From Eledone cirrhosa (lineage: Eukaryota), in contig OZ024742.1 of assembly GCA_964016885.1 (NCBI GenBank), positions 90,520,001 to 90,584,000 of the forward strand: a DNA stretch of 64,000 nucleotides, given 5' to 3'. Positions 27,372 through 39,720 of the stretch are shown here, piece after piece; positions within the stretch are counted from its first letter, which is position 1; each line of letters begins with the position of its first letter. The notes below the pieces were generated by a model. It saw only the letters and a list, made by a program, of their open reading frames with translations, did no database searches and was not told the DNA's origin. A program made the position numbers and the translations under genes.

Positions 27372-27732
27372 GAGCAAAATGAAGAAGGGAGCACTTGCAC
27401 TACACGCTCCTGAAGTTGAGGGTTGTTCTATCGACGGGGTATTAACCAACCCATTTGTGGCTTCCCCCCCAATTGGGGATTTCGATTGTTATAATTGTTT
27501 GTTTCAATATGTTTACATGACTGTATGTAAAATCCCGGCATGTGTCTTTGTATTGTCCCCTTTTCTTGTGCGCCCTTGTGGCAAATAAAGAAATATATCT
27601 ACCTATCTACCTATCTAGCTATCTAGCTATCTATCTACCTACCTACATATTTATCTATCTATCTATCTAAATCCCCGCCGTCACGTATTGTAATGTCCTA
27701 TTTTTTACGCCCCTGTGGCAAATAAAGAAAGA
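27372..27732 (+). mobile_element. two Tx1-type 3' UTR remnants in (TCTA)n
   Basis: Both end GTGGCAAATAAAGAAA before TCTA repeats, like the 4219-4660 fragment. Confidence 0.65.
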
Positions 27733-27932
27733 TATCTATCAATCTATGTCAAGGGATTTTTTTTTTTATTATAGTTCATTAAATAATTTTACAATTGTTT
27801 GTATTTCTTTCCTCCATTCTTCTGGCAACCATAATAATCGATTTCAACTTCTTGAATTCATTTCCATATTCAGCTACAGAAAGGATTCTTCAAAGGAGAA
27901 TGAACTGGATTTGTCTAGTATATATATACTAG

Positions 27933-28078
<146 letters not shown>

Positions 28079-28247
28079 TGTGTGCGTGTGCGTGTGCGCG
28101 CGTGTGTGTATACAGAGAGAGAAAGAGAGAGATAAGTACACACATATATGCATATATACATGCATACATGCACAGACACAGACAGAGAGGCATACATTCA
28201 CACACAATGACATACACAGACACACACGCACCCATACGCACACACAT

Positions 28248-28309
<62 letters not shown>

Positions 28310-29733
28310 GTAAAAGGTAAACATGTAATGTACTCACATACGCACTTCTAGAATACAACACACATACACACATAAACGTATTATTATACTCAAAGCAAAC
28401 AAACGCGCGCATTCATATATATAATTCATAAAGACAAACCTACAGAAAATATACACTCATATACACAGATACACATGATCATTAATAGTGTGTTTAACGC
28501 ATGACGGCTGTAGTCATGTTTCTTTCATATCATGTCGTGACTGTTCGATTTTGTTTGCTCTTTACATTTGTTTTTGTCAAGGTGTGTGTTTAATGCAACT
28601 GATGTTACTTTGTGCTTGTTATTATTGTTGATTTGTTTCACATCTCTTATCATTACTCTTCATCATCGTTTCAATTTGTCTTTTCTATTTAGTAGTATAT
28701 GTTCTGTCATTATCAGTTGGCCTTAGGTCAGCTCTAATCAAACAGATCTATATTCTATTATCTAGCCCTAGGTCAGCTCTAATTCAACAGACATATGAGC
28801 AGTCGTTTAGTTTTTCAGACTTAGTGTTTCTTGTACTATATTTTCTAACGCAACTCTTTTTTAAAACATATTCTAAATGTTTTAAAGATTCTGCTGCAAT
28901 GTCTAGCACGTCAAATCACAGAATTAAGGCTTTATCGTTAGATTATAAATCTAAAATGCTGCTGTTGTTGGTATTGTTATTGTTATCGATATTTATCCCC
29001 AGATTTTTAGCAAGTCTACTAGAGTCCTCAGAGAATATGGAAAAAATATTATAATGATATAGTACTACACCTGGTAGTGTTAATGGGCCACACTTAATTG
29101 TGAAACCTACCTACAGAACAGTCAACGAGGAAGCCTTTGTGCCTTCGCTCGACCATCAAATAAGTAAGCAATCAAATATGTTTAAAATTTTACACTAACT
29201 GCCTGGGAAATGTAACGACAAATTAGGTAATTTTACATACTTCTAAAAAGACGGGATGGATGTGGCTGAAATATCTTTTATCATAAGAATGCTTCATTAG
29301 GTTTGACCCGTGAATAATTCATAACAACAAAAACAACATAACTAGTGGATCATTGACATATTGAGCACTGTGTGACTCTTGTAACAGGGTACTAACCACT
29401 AAACTTTCAGTTGGATGTATCACACTCTACAGTTGACCATCACTCACTTCCAGATAAAAAAAAAAAACATATTAAATACAAGGACTATGTCAGCATTTAA
29501 ATACTACACGAAAGTTTCAGCATTAGAAATAACAAAGAACACACATCTTAGACACACACAAACAAATATATATATAGATATATTATAATTGGTGCTCTGA
29601 AATAGCGATATATATATGAATGTATATATAGTGTATTTTGCAATACATTGTGTGGTTAATTAAGAGCATTTTGAAGACTTTACGCTATTGTTTTAAAGAA
29701 GTGACTATGTCACTTACTTCTTTTTTCAGCAAA

Positions 29734-29803
29734 CAAAGGGAGATAAGCTGACAGATCTCTGTTTCGTACTGTTGGTACTCCTCAGAGCTTAGCACTCCCT
29801 TTG
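29734..29803 (-). ncRNA. type I hammerhead ribozyme (left arm of inverted repeat)
   Basis: Reverse-complement copy of the 29877-29944 motif. Confidence 0.88.
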
Positions 29804-29876
29804 CCTACTGAAAATTATGAGTTCCTGATTATTACTGGAATTCTATAAGAATAAAACATTCATAATTTTCAGTAGG

Positions 29877-29944
29877 CAAAGGGAGTGTAAGCTCTGAGGA
29901 GTACCAACAGTACGAAACAGAGATCTGTCAGCTTATCTCCCTTT
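29877..29944 (+). ncRNA. canonical type I hammerhead ribozyme
   Basis: Stem I TAAGCT/AGCTTA extended by CAAAGGGAG/CTCCCTTTG; CTGAGGA; stem II GTAC-CAACA-GTAC; GAAA; stem III ACAGA-GA-TCTGT; GTC site at 29927-29929. Confidence 0.92.
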
Positions 29945-30101
29945 GTTTGCTGAAAAAAGAAGTAAGTAACATAGTCACTACTTTAAAACAATAGCGTAAG
30001 GTCTTCAAAATGCTTTTAATTTAGCATACAGTATATTGCAAAATACACTATATATACATTCATATATATATAATATGTATATATAATATATATATAATAT
30101 G

Positions 30102-30149
<48 letters not shown>

Positions 30150-30151
30150 AC

Positions 30152-30329
30152 GTATGACCCCGACGGCAGGGCGCAAGCCGTTTCGACGGCTATTTCTAGA
30201 AATAGCCGTCGAAACGGCTTGAGCTCTGCCGTCGGGGTCATACTTTTTTCTATTACCCACCCTACTGCCCTAAGTATTGAGTACTCTGGTGCGTTATGGT
30301 CCATCTGGTTCCTTACCACAATTCCTTCG

Positions 30330-30332
<3 letters not shown>
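30152..30332 (+). mobile_element. PLE-type pLTR remnant with a 92-bp palindrome containing the 3' half of a hammerhead
   Basis: GAAAC-GGC..GCC-GTC; related pieces at 41955-42045, 57105-57362 and about 35680. Confidence 0.7.
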
Positions 30333-30384
<52 letters not shown>

Positions 30385-30390
<6 letters not shown>

Positions 30391-31046
30391 ATTTAGGTGA
30401 GGTTGGTTTCTCATTTCAATTTATACTTTTAGTTTTAATGTTTTTCCTATGCCTCTAGTAGCTTATATTCTCTTCACGCTGGTGGTTTGAAATTCCTGTA
30501 AAGAAAAACACACTCTTCTGTGTCTTTCCCCTCTATATATTGTATTTTAAAGTGCCCAGGAAAACTCTTTCCTTTGAGCTAATTTAATTACAGGATTATA
30601 CCCGAGTACTTTGCTCCGTTATTTTACTTGATATTTGCTCCTTGCGCTCTCTCTGCTGTTGAGCACCAGAAATTGAATAGTATAGGCTGCCATTTCTAGC
30701 AGCTTGTTCTGTTCATGCCACCGGTTACTGCCCCGCGCACGCATTTCCCTTATATCTACACGTGCGAAGAGTAGTTTACTTTAGTTCTCTTTAGTAGTGC
30801 GGACAATATCGGCCTTCCACATGCTAATGACCCACCGGGCCATATCGGAACCCACTAAAATGGCGAAACATTCTCCTGGTGAGTGTGTACATGTGTGATT
30901 TAGGTGAGGTTTGGTTTCTCATTTCAATTTATACTTTTAATTTTAATGTTTTTCCTATGTTTCTAGTAGCTTATATTCTCTTCACGCTGGTGGTTTGAAA
31001 TTCCTGTAAAGAAAAACACACTCTTCTGTGTCTTTCCCCTCTATAT

Positions 31047-31052
<6 letters not shown>
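30385..31052 (+). mobile_element. retrozyme-like non-coding unit (507-nt period, about 160-bp direct repeats) with hammerhead at 30818-30895
   Basis: Direct repeats 30385-30545 and 30892-31052; CACATG-CTAATGA..GAAA-CATTCTC..GAGTGT-GTA-CATGTG lies immediately before the second repeat. Confidence 0.75.
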
Positions 31053-31086
<34 letters not shown>

Positions 31087-31091
<5 letters not shown>

Positions 31092-31270
31092 ATACTTTGG
31101 GAGGGTCCTGCTTCCAATAAAAACACACGCACCTGTTGGTTTTCACTTCAATTTATTATAAATTTCCGATTGGTTGGTTCGATAACTGGAAGATTGTTTA
31201 TATATTGTCAAAGCTCTTTCCTCGCACATTCTGTGACCTCCTCGGTGACTAGGTTTTTATTTTGTGTCTC
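31087..31270 (-). mobile_element. PLE pseudo-LTR with degenerate hammerhead
   Basis: Homologous to 38720-38910; terminus TTGTTATACTT.GG.AGGGTC shared with 54402. Confidence 0.7.
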
Positions 31271-31479
31271 TCATTTGTTATATCCTACACCATTCCACAA
31301 ACCCACCGAGAAACCTAGGTACCTTCATAAGGACTCACACCACCCACTGTAGGTTTTAAAAATGTTATCAATAATATGATACCCTCTTTGATAGAGCAGC
31401 ACCCTACTACAACAGCGGCCTCTCCGAAAGAATCACTTACTCTCCAGATCACTGCCCTATATATATATAGAAAGAAGAA

Positions 31480-32420
31480 AACATAGATCTAAAGACGTTA
31501 CCTGGTTCACACCACCAATCGCACTTAATGTGAAGACCAATATAACTAGAAAATGCGTAGCCCTCCTATATTTTCACCTTTCTGTAGGCAATAAATACCG
31601 ACGGATGTTCAATCTCCATGCAGTGAAAATAGGATACTGTTGTACCAATAACATTAAAGCCCACATCACAGGCAAACGCGAAAGACCTCCACCTTGCGCA
31701 TGCTCATGTAGAAGGCCAGAAGCATGCCCATTAGATCAACAGGGCAACACTCCAGTGGTGATATATCAAGCAGGAGTGGCCTCCACCAATCAGATCCACC
31801 AAACTGAAGTCTGGACATACGTCTGAAAGTCCAAGCGCCGGTTAAAAAGCCGGTACCTGAACCACGAAACAACCTGCAACCATCCTGACGAAAAAACATG
31901 CCACGCAGCTCGCACATGTGTGCCGCCTTAAACGGTACACTTAACGGTACAACTTGGAGTATATTAGAAACGTCCATCACCTATGTTAATGGGACGGAAT
32001 TTGGTTGGCTATGTCACTCGTAAGTGTGTAATATACTCTCACAACTGGCATCAGAAAAACACTGCCTAGATACCCGTCACAGTCGCTGTTCACACGAAGT
32101 GATATTCATTCTGAGAAAATGGTATAGACCAGATTAAATAATTTTAATTTCAAGAAATTTAATTTCTTTGAATTACTAATTTTGCACAAGTTCCCCACCT
32201 TTGTATGAGTGTGTGGGGGAGGGGGTTATAGTTGCCTCCCTTTACACTATCTAAAGCTAAATTCAAAATTACCTGCCGTTGTAGGACTAGCATAGTTTTC
32301 TAAAAAGCTCAAATCAACCCGTGGAGGAAACCCTTTACTTTTTATCTAACATGCAGAATGAGTTGGGGTCTATAATCCAACGAAACGTAAGTACCTGTAA
32401 TGTCACTGTTGTAACCAATT
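31480..32420 (+). mobile_element. Penelope-like element 3' fragment (GIY-YIG region + pLTR with hammerhead 32349-32398)
   Basis: TWFTPP..NVKTNI, CSCRRPEACPL, VIYQA, WSILE; followed by CAGAATGA-GTTGG..CCAAC-GAAAC-GTAA-GTA. Confidence 0.8.
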
Positions 32421-32469
32421 ATATATATATATATATATATAATTATATATATTCCGTTCTAGTCTAATC

Positions 32470-32646
32470 ATTGTTTCTATTTTTGGCACAAGGGTCAGCA
32501 TTACTGGTACTTTATTTTATCGACCCCGCAAGGATGAAAGGCAAAGTTAACCTCAGCGGGATTTGAACTCAGCATAGAAAGGGCCGTAACACTATGCTGG
32601 AAAGCATGGCGTACGACCCTCTACCGATACTGCCAATACACACCGT
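32470..32646 (-). mobile_element. tRNA-derived SINE with TSD
   Basis: Same family; flanked by TTCTAGTCTAAT. Confidence 0.88.
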
Positions 32647-32779
32647 ATTCTAGTCTAATAATACACTGTTGTTATTAGACACTTTACAAACAATTACGGT
32701 CAAGTTACTCATTCAATGAGAAGAAAATGATAAAGTAGAAAATCAAACTTTCCAGTTGTTGTCTACCTGTTTCTTCTAC

Positions 32780-33185
32780 AACGACTACAACGGTACGCGA
32801 TGGGGCCCACCCACAGCACCGGCGGACAGAATGGAGAAGGCGTTTCCCCGGAGGACGGCAAGGGAGACGCGCTGGAAAAGCCACTCCAACTCGCGGGGCT
32901 CACACCTGCGGCTGGCCAGCTCAGCGCCTATGGTGGTGAGTAAGGAGTTAGCCCTGGGGCTGAGGACACCAGAAGTCTCCACTGCCAGGAGTACGACCGC
33001 AAACCTGTCCGAGAGCGACCGGTATTTGAAGAGTTTGGTCCCCTCAGCCCGACGTGCAGCAGAAGCTGGGTCAGTCGCAGACTACACCAGCTTGCGGCTG
33101 CAGAAAGTGTCGGTGCAAGTGGCATCCCAGACGAGGAGTTTGTCACCGCGGAACGGGAAGATGGTCATGCCATCTGGCCTTTCAT
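32780..33185 (-). mobile_element. CRE-type non-LTR retrotransposon, restriction-like endonuclease fragment
   Basis: RPDGMTIFPF..LVWDATCTDT and ETSGVL..QRVSLAVLRGNA; GC-rich island. Confidence 0.8.
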
Positions 33186-33955
33186 TCATTCAGTTTTCAA
33201 ATTCTGCCGCGGATTTCTAATCCTGTGATGATTTAGCAAAAGTTACACAATGTATGATTGCGTGTATATATGTGTGTGTGTCTACATGTATGTGTGTGCG
33301 CGTGCGGGTGTGTATACGTGCCGGTCGTGTGTATGTGGATGTGTGCGTATGCGTGCATTGGTGTGTATGTGTGCGTGTGCGTATGCGTGCATTGGTGTGT
33401 ATGTGTGCGTGCGTGTATGTGTCTCGGCGTGCGTCTCATGAATTTACTGATGTATTAGTTAGAGTGTGAATCAGGATTCAAACCTGTTCAGTGCATGTCA
33501 CGGATCACTGAAACCTTAACACATGGCACATAGGTACGATTTACAAGCGAGCAGGGCATGGTATACCTGTAAAGCCTTTGGTGCGTCACACAGAAAACTA
33601 TTTGCGGTTTATTGATCAATCGTAACTGATCGCCCACTTTGTGTCCATCACACACCTTTTTTTTTTCTATTCTTTTCTATAGTTTTGTATGTATGCGTAG
33701 AGGTGTGTTCATATGTATGCGTGCGCGCGGGTGCGCGTGTCTGTGTGTGTGAGTGTGTGTATGTGTGTAGTTATTGTTTATATATATATATTACTTTACC
33801 TTTAACATAAACACACAGCCTCAGTTGCTTACATTCATATACACACGCACACAATCGTTGCATTCCCTTTTCGTGATTATACAGTTTCTTTGTATTACTC
33901 TTTCTCTAGCTTCATATATAATACAAACACATACACACATTTGTAGATGCATGTA

Positions 33956-34072
<117 letters not shown>

Positions 34073-35084
34073 GTATTTGGGCGGGATTGTGTGTGTTCAT
34101 GTGTGTTTGTGTGCATGTGTGTGCATGTATGTGTGTGTGTGTGTGGTTGGGTGGGTGGGTGCGTATGTGTGCGTGTGTGATATACCACATTGACCACAAC
34201 CACCCGGATATATTTCGGCCAGCTAAAATCTCCCTTGTTCGAGTGGCTTCTAAATGATATTATAAAGTATGACATAAATATGAAATAAGACAAATATTTC
34301 GCCAGGGAGGGGTGGCAGTCTCCATACCGATCAACTAAAACAATCAATGTACGTATATTTAATATATATATATGCAGAGCACGAAGGAGGGACGTTGGCC
34401 CGTGCGCGCATGTTTGTGAGTATTGTGGCAGTGCCTATGCTTATATTTATGGTTATGGCCGATAAAATACATACCAGACTGAAATATGATGTTAAGCGTC
34501 TATGCCTGGAACGATCGTATCTAAGTGTGCCAATAAGTAAAAGAATGTTTATATACATAAGGCCAAATTTCTAACATTCTGTCTGCCGGTTTTTAAGTAT
34601 CTCAGTCCTCATGTCTGCAGATCCGTGTGCTTTTTTGTCTGCTCCCCTACCAACAGCGGCAAATCCCTTTTGTCTCTTTCACCATTACATTTTATTCCTC
34701 ACACGTACTCTTCCCCCTTTTCTTCGTATGTGATATGATGTGAGCCTGCACGTGTTTAGAATAATTAATCGAAATTAGCGCCCAATCTCTCTCCCCCCCC
34801 TCTCTCTCTCTCTCTCTCTTTCATTCTTTCTTTCGTTCCTTCTCTCTCCCTCTCTCCCTCTCTCTCCATCTCTCTTTCTCTGGTTAGTCCTGTTCATGAA
34901 GGTAATAAACAAAAGAGTTGAAAGTAAACATCTTTGACGTTGACCGATAGCCATATTGAATGATTTTGACTTAGAACCATTTACCTGAACACATACTAGG
35001 GTTTACATACAACGAGTTCAAGGCAACAGGAACTTGTCTGCCGATCCAATACCCCAGCACAACATTCTACGACAACTCCAATGG

Positions 35085-35160
35085 AAAGAAGAAGAAGAAG
35101 AAGAAGAAGAAGAAGAAGAAGAAGAAGAAGAAGAAGAAGAAGAAAAAGAAAAAGAAGAAG
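35085..35160. repeat. (GAA)n microsatellite
   Basis: Directly visible. Confidence 0.95.
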
Positions 35161-35541
35161 CCATCCATGGTTCATTGACTTTAGCACTCTCAGATTACAT
35201 GATCTACTATATGATTATTTAAAGGTTTACTTTCTTAATTTCCATTTCCTGCTGCATTGCATATCATGGGATCTGTAGATGGTTCCAATAGTATATAGGG
35301 TTTTCTATATTAAAAGATTGCTACCTCTTCACTAAGCACTTCTCATTTCTAGAGAAAAGGATTCTGTAAGCGCCCTCCTCCTTCGCCACCGAAATATCAC
35401 ATAGCTCAACGTGTGATAACATAAATAACATAAATATTTACCTAACATATGTCCGAATATTTCAATTCCGAAAAGGTTTTCGGAGTTGACATATTCGGAG
35501 ATGTATTGCGTAAATATTTATGTTCTTTACGTTGTTTAATA

Positions 35542-35608
35542 GATTCTGAAGAGATCAATATAGCAGCAATGCATATTCCTGTTCTATTGATCGAGACATT
35601 CGTCAATC
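35542..35608 (+). ncRNA. type I hammerhead ribozyme with one core mutation
   Basis: GATT-CTGAAGA-GATCAATA..TATTGATC-GAGA-C..G-TC-AATC (GAAA changed to GAGA). Confidence 0.7.
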
Positions 35609-35929
35609 AATGAAATAATTTAATGTAATTCAATCTTATTATTTTTATTCATATGTATATAAATGTTAGCAAGAGTTGGGTCCCGACGGCTGAGATCTTG
35701 CCGTTTCCACAGCTAATTCCATACATATCACTATCATGACAACGCATATACATGTTTATTATACATAAACTACACCAACATATAGTATATGCCTTCATAT
35801 AAACATCTATTATGAAGCACACTTGTTAGTACTCGTTGCTAATATGTATACACACACACACGCGTGCGCGCACACATACATACACACACACACACATATA
35901 TATATACATATATACAAATTTAAATACAT

Positions 35930-35983
<54 letters not shown>

Positions 35984-36455
35984 GTATATATATATATATG
36001 TCTAATTATATATATATATATATATCCCTTTGAATTTATATATATATATATATGAATTGAAAGGGACAAGGCTGTGTGGTTACTAAAAACGAATGTTTAG
36101 AAAGTAAAGGAAACACATACATAGAGATAGACAGCTCCCCTCATCAGTTGTTTGCTGCGGGTCTCATGTTTCTGCGCATTAAAAACAATACATCTATCCG
36201 CAGTGCGATAATAATTAAGAAAGTTGTTAGGGAAAGAAAAGATGAAAAGGTGACGGTAACGAAGAGAGAGAAAAAAGAAGAGAAAAAAAACATACCGATA
36301 GAGAGGGGGAGACACAGGACAGTGGCACATGTATGTAGAGTAACCAATGGAAGAGAAGACGAAGTTAAAAAGGTAGTTAGGTTTAAGCCCAGATACCTTA
36401 TTAACAGTAGAGAAATAAGAGAAACACGTCTATTCTCGGTGAGAACCGGCGTAAA

Positions 36456-36592
<137 letters not shown>

Positions 36593-36639
36593 TATAGTTG
36601 AGACAGTAAACAAAAAACAAAAAAAACAACGTGGAAGCG

Positions 36640-36760
<121 letters not shown>

Positions 36761-37024
36761 AGTGGAGGCTTAGTAAAATCGAAACTTTGACTGTGGCCAA
36801 GCAAAGTCGACCTACAATTAGGAATGAGTAGCAAAGCACTCAATAAGGGTAGGTCCTCAGAGTAAATAACATTACGTTTGGATAGCTTAACAAATTGAAA
36901 ATTGCGGCAGGCAAAACCCAACAATACAATACCAAAACAACGAAAAAACTAAGCAGGTTAGACAATTAAGTGAATTTTCCTATTCCTGTGCTATTCTGCA
37001 GGTATCCAGAAATTGGTTGCGAAA

Positions 37025-37177
37025 CAAATTAAAAATTAAAAATTAAAAATTAAAAATTAAAAATTAAAAATTAAAAATTAAAAATTAAAAATTAAAAATT
37101 AAAAATTAAAAATTAAAAATTAAAAATTAAAAATTAAAAATTAAAAATTAAAAATTAAAAATTAAAAATTAAAAATT
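37025..37177. repeat. (AAAATT)n hexamer tandem repeat
   Basis: Directly visible, about 25 units. Confidence 0.95.
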
Positions 37178-37781
37178 TGTCCAGGTATTACGGCTATTGC
37201 CAATATAGGTTTGTTTTTATTGATTTATTATTTTAAATCGAGACAGGCAAACCGTATTATTTTAATTAGTATTTTTTATTTAATTATTATTTTAATTAGA
37301 TCCTATTCCTGTGCTCTTCTGCAGGTATCCAGAAATTGGTTGCGAAACAAATTAAAAATGTGTCCAGGTATCACGGCTATTGCCAATATAGGTTTGTTTT
37401 TATTGATTTATTATTTTAAATCGAGACAGGCAAACCGTATTATTTTAATTAGTATTTTTCAATCTAGCTAACTTGGTCATTTGCAATGCAAACACATGTA
37501 TACTTGTATCAGTGTTTATCCCTATCATATATTCATTTGTATTACACGGCTCAGAAATATTCCTTTCTTTGAGCTATTTAATTGTAAAAGACTATTTGAG
37601 TTTATAACTCTATATATAATATTCTCGGCTACATACGTAAGCTAATTTTTAGTCCCATAAACCGGCTGCTATTTTTAGCGGCACGAGTATGGAACGTGCT
37701 AGGCGCTGCGACACATGTGCGTTCAACAACATTTTCTCTCAGTCTTCTTAAGTATTTTGAAGTGAATCTTACCAATTTCTG

Positions 37782-37872
37782 GATACCTGCAGAAGAGCAC
37801 AGGAATAGGAACTTTCACTTAATTGTTGCGAAACAAATTCAAAATTCAAAATTCAAAATTTGTCCAGGTATC
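37782..37872 (+). ncRNA. type I hammerhead ribozyme variant (core CAGAAGA)
   Basis: Stem I GATACCTG/CAGGTATC, stem II GCA/TGC, GAAA, stem III ACAAATT/AATTTGT, GTC site. Confidence 0.75.
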
Positions 37873-38162
37873 ACGGCTATTGCCAATATAAGTTTGTTTT
37901 CATTGATTTATTATTTTGAATCGAGACAGGCAAACCGTATTATTTTAATTAGTATTTTTCAATCTAGCTAACATGATCATTTGCAATGCAAACACATGTA
38001 TACTTGTATTAGTGTTTATCCCTATCATATATTCATTTGTATTACACGGCTCAGAAATATTCCTTTCTTTGAGCTATTTAATTGTAAAAGACTATTTGAG
38101 TTTATAACTCTATATATAATATATATATTCATATGTATTTTTATTTATTCATATGTATTTTT

Positions 38163-38955
38163 ATAATTTGGGAGATCATGCTGTCAATAAAAAAAACGCA
38201 TGTAGCAGTTGGAGTTCTCGCCAGTGTTCTTTTAAAAGAACACTGGCAAGAACTCCAAGATGAATAAAACTCATCACTACTCCACCAACATGCCAGTATA
38301 GAACATGGGGGCACATTAGATTACATCGATATAAAAATTATAACCACGCAGAGAATAGAGGCAATGCTCCGAGAGATTACAAAAGTGACAATCATAAGCG
38401 AACTCCAACCAAAACTAAACAGAAAGCACCAGTGAAATAGGAACAACCTCACGACAAAATAACTAAGGACAAGATAGACAAACATAGATACGCAGGAACT
38501 AAACTAATAAAACTAAAAAAGAAAACAGACTCAGATAGATAGAACAAGTAATCAACTAGTACAAGTATGAAAGAGAGGATATATATAAATAAATAAATAT
38601 ATCAATAAAAACGAAAAAAGAAAAATACAAAACTCAAAACTGGATATAACGCTTGCGCAGCCCAAGTACACAGCTCACAAAAATAAGATGGTGTAGGATA
38701 AAACAAAAAATTACAACAAACGTAGTCACTGAGGAGGTCACAGAATGTGTGACAAAAGAGCTTTGATGATAATTAACAACTAAACAAACATTCGGTTATT
38801 AAAATAACCGACTGGGAAATTTTAATGATAAATTAAAGTGAAATTCTACAGGTTGGTGCGTGTGTTTTATTTTATTGGCAGCATGGCACTCCCGAATTAT
38901 AACAATATCTGTTTCAAGACACATTTTCAGATAATAACAAAACCTTGCAAAACAA
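38163..38955 (+). mobile_element. short 5'-truncated Penelope-like element with inverted pLTR end
   Basis: KEHWQELQDE.NSSLLHQHA..HGG..IDIKII is homologous to the end of ORF 55006..55995; HHR-like GTCA-CTGAGGA-G-GTCACA..TGTGAC-AAAA at 38725; 38163-38210 is an inverted pLTR end. Confidence 0.78.
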
Positions 38956-39210
38956 ATACAAAAACGAAGTATTTATATGTCCGTTAGCTTGGATGGGTTC
39001 AGCTTGTAACATCTGAGATGCTTGGGGAGGTAACAAGCTGAAACCTCACGAACTCGTTCTTGGTCCTGCACCTCATTAATATACCCAACCCCTCTGCATT
39101 TCACCATAGTTACACCAGTGACAATTACAACTACTTAAGTTTCGTTGGGTTATACGCTACAATTTACTAAGTCTGTTATATAAACAAAGATGGGTATGTT
39201 TGTTTATGTA

Positions 39211-39260
39211 ACAGGCTGAATGAGTTGGGGTCTATAACCCAACTAAACTTAAGTACCTGT
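39211..39260 (+). ncRNA. type I hammerhead variant (core CTGAATGA; GAAA changed to TAAA)
   Basis: ACAGG-CTGAATGA-GTTGGG..CCCAAC-TAAAC-TTAA-GTA-CCTGT; inverted partial copy at about 39108-39155 retains GAAAC. Confidence 0.72.
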
Positions 39261-39329
39261 ATATGTAACTGTTGTAACTAATTATACTTAACTCGTCCTA
39301 TGGCCTGGGTGCTCTTACTCTTGGATATT

Positions 39330-39665
39330 TCTACCAAACAAATAAATAAATAAATATAGAGACAGACTAAATAAAAATGGCGTAGACATACAATGTAACG
39401 GGAGGAAACAATAGCACCACTGACGATGTTGCAGATGTGCAACGAAAGAACTTTGATAAACTATATTTATGTGTTTGTGTCTATATTGTATCTGTATTAT
39501 TTTTGACCGTTGGTCAGTCAATGGCAACATTGAGGACCGAATAAATTAGATTACCGATATAAAAGACACAGAAGCGAAAAGCGAAAACCAACCAAACAGT
39601 GAGTGTGTTCTGTTATTAATTCTGGCAATATTACACAAATATGACCCTCCCCAAGTATAACTATA
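39330..39665 (+). mobile_element. solo PLE pseudo-LTR
   Basis: Near-identical to the reverse complement of 54402-54740; contains CTGACGA-T-GTTGCA..TGCAAC-GAAA. Confidence 0.85.
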
Positions 39666-39670
39666 TTATA

Positions 39671-39720
<50 letters not shown>

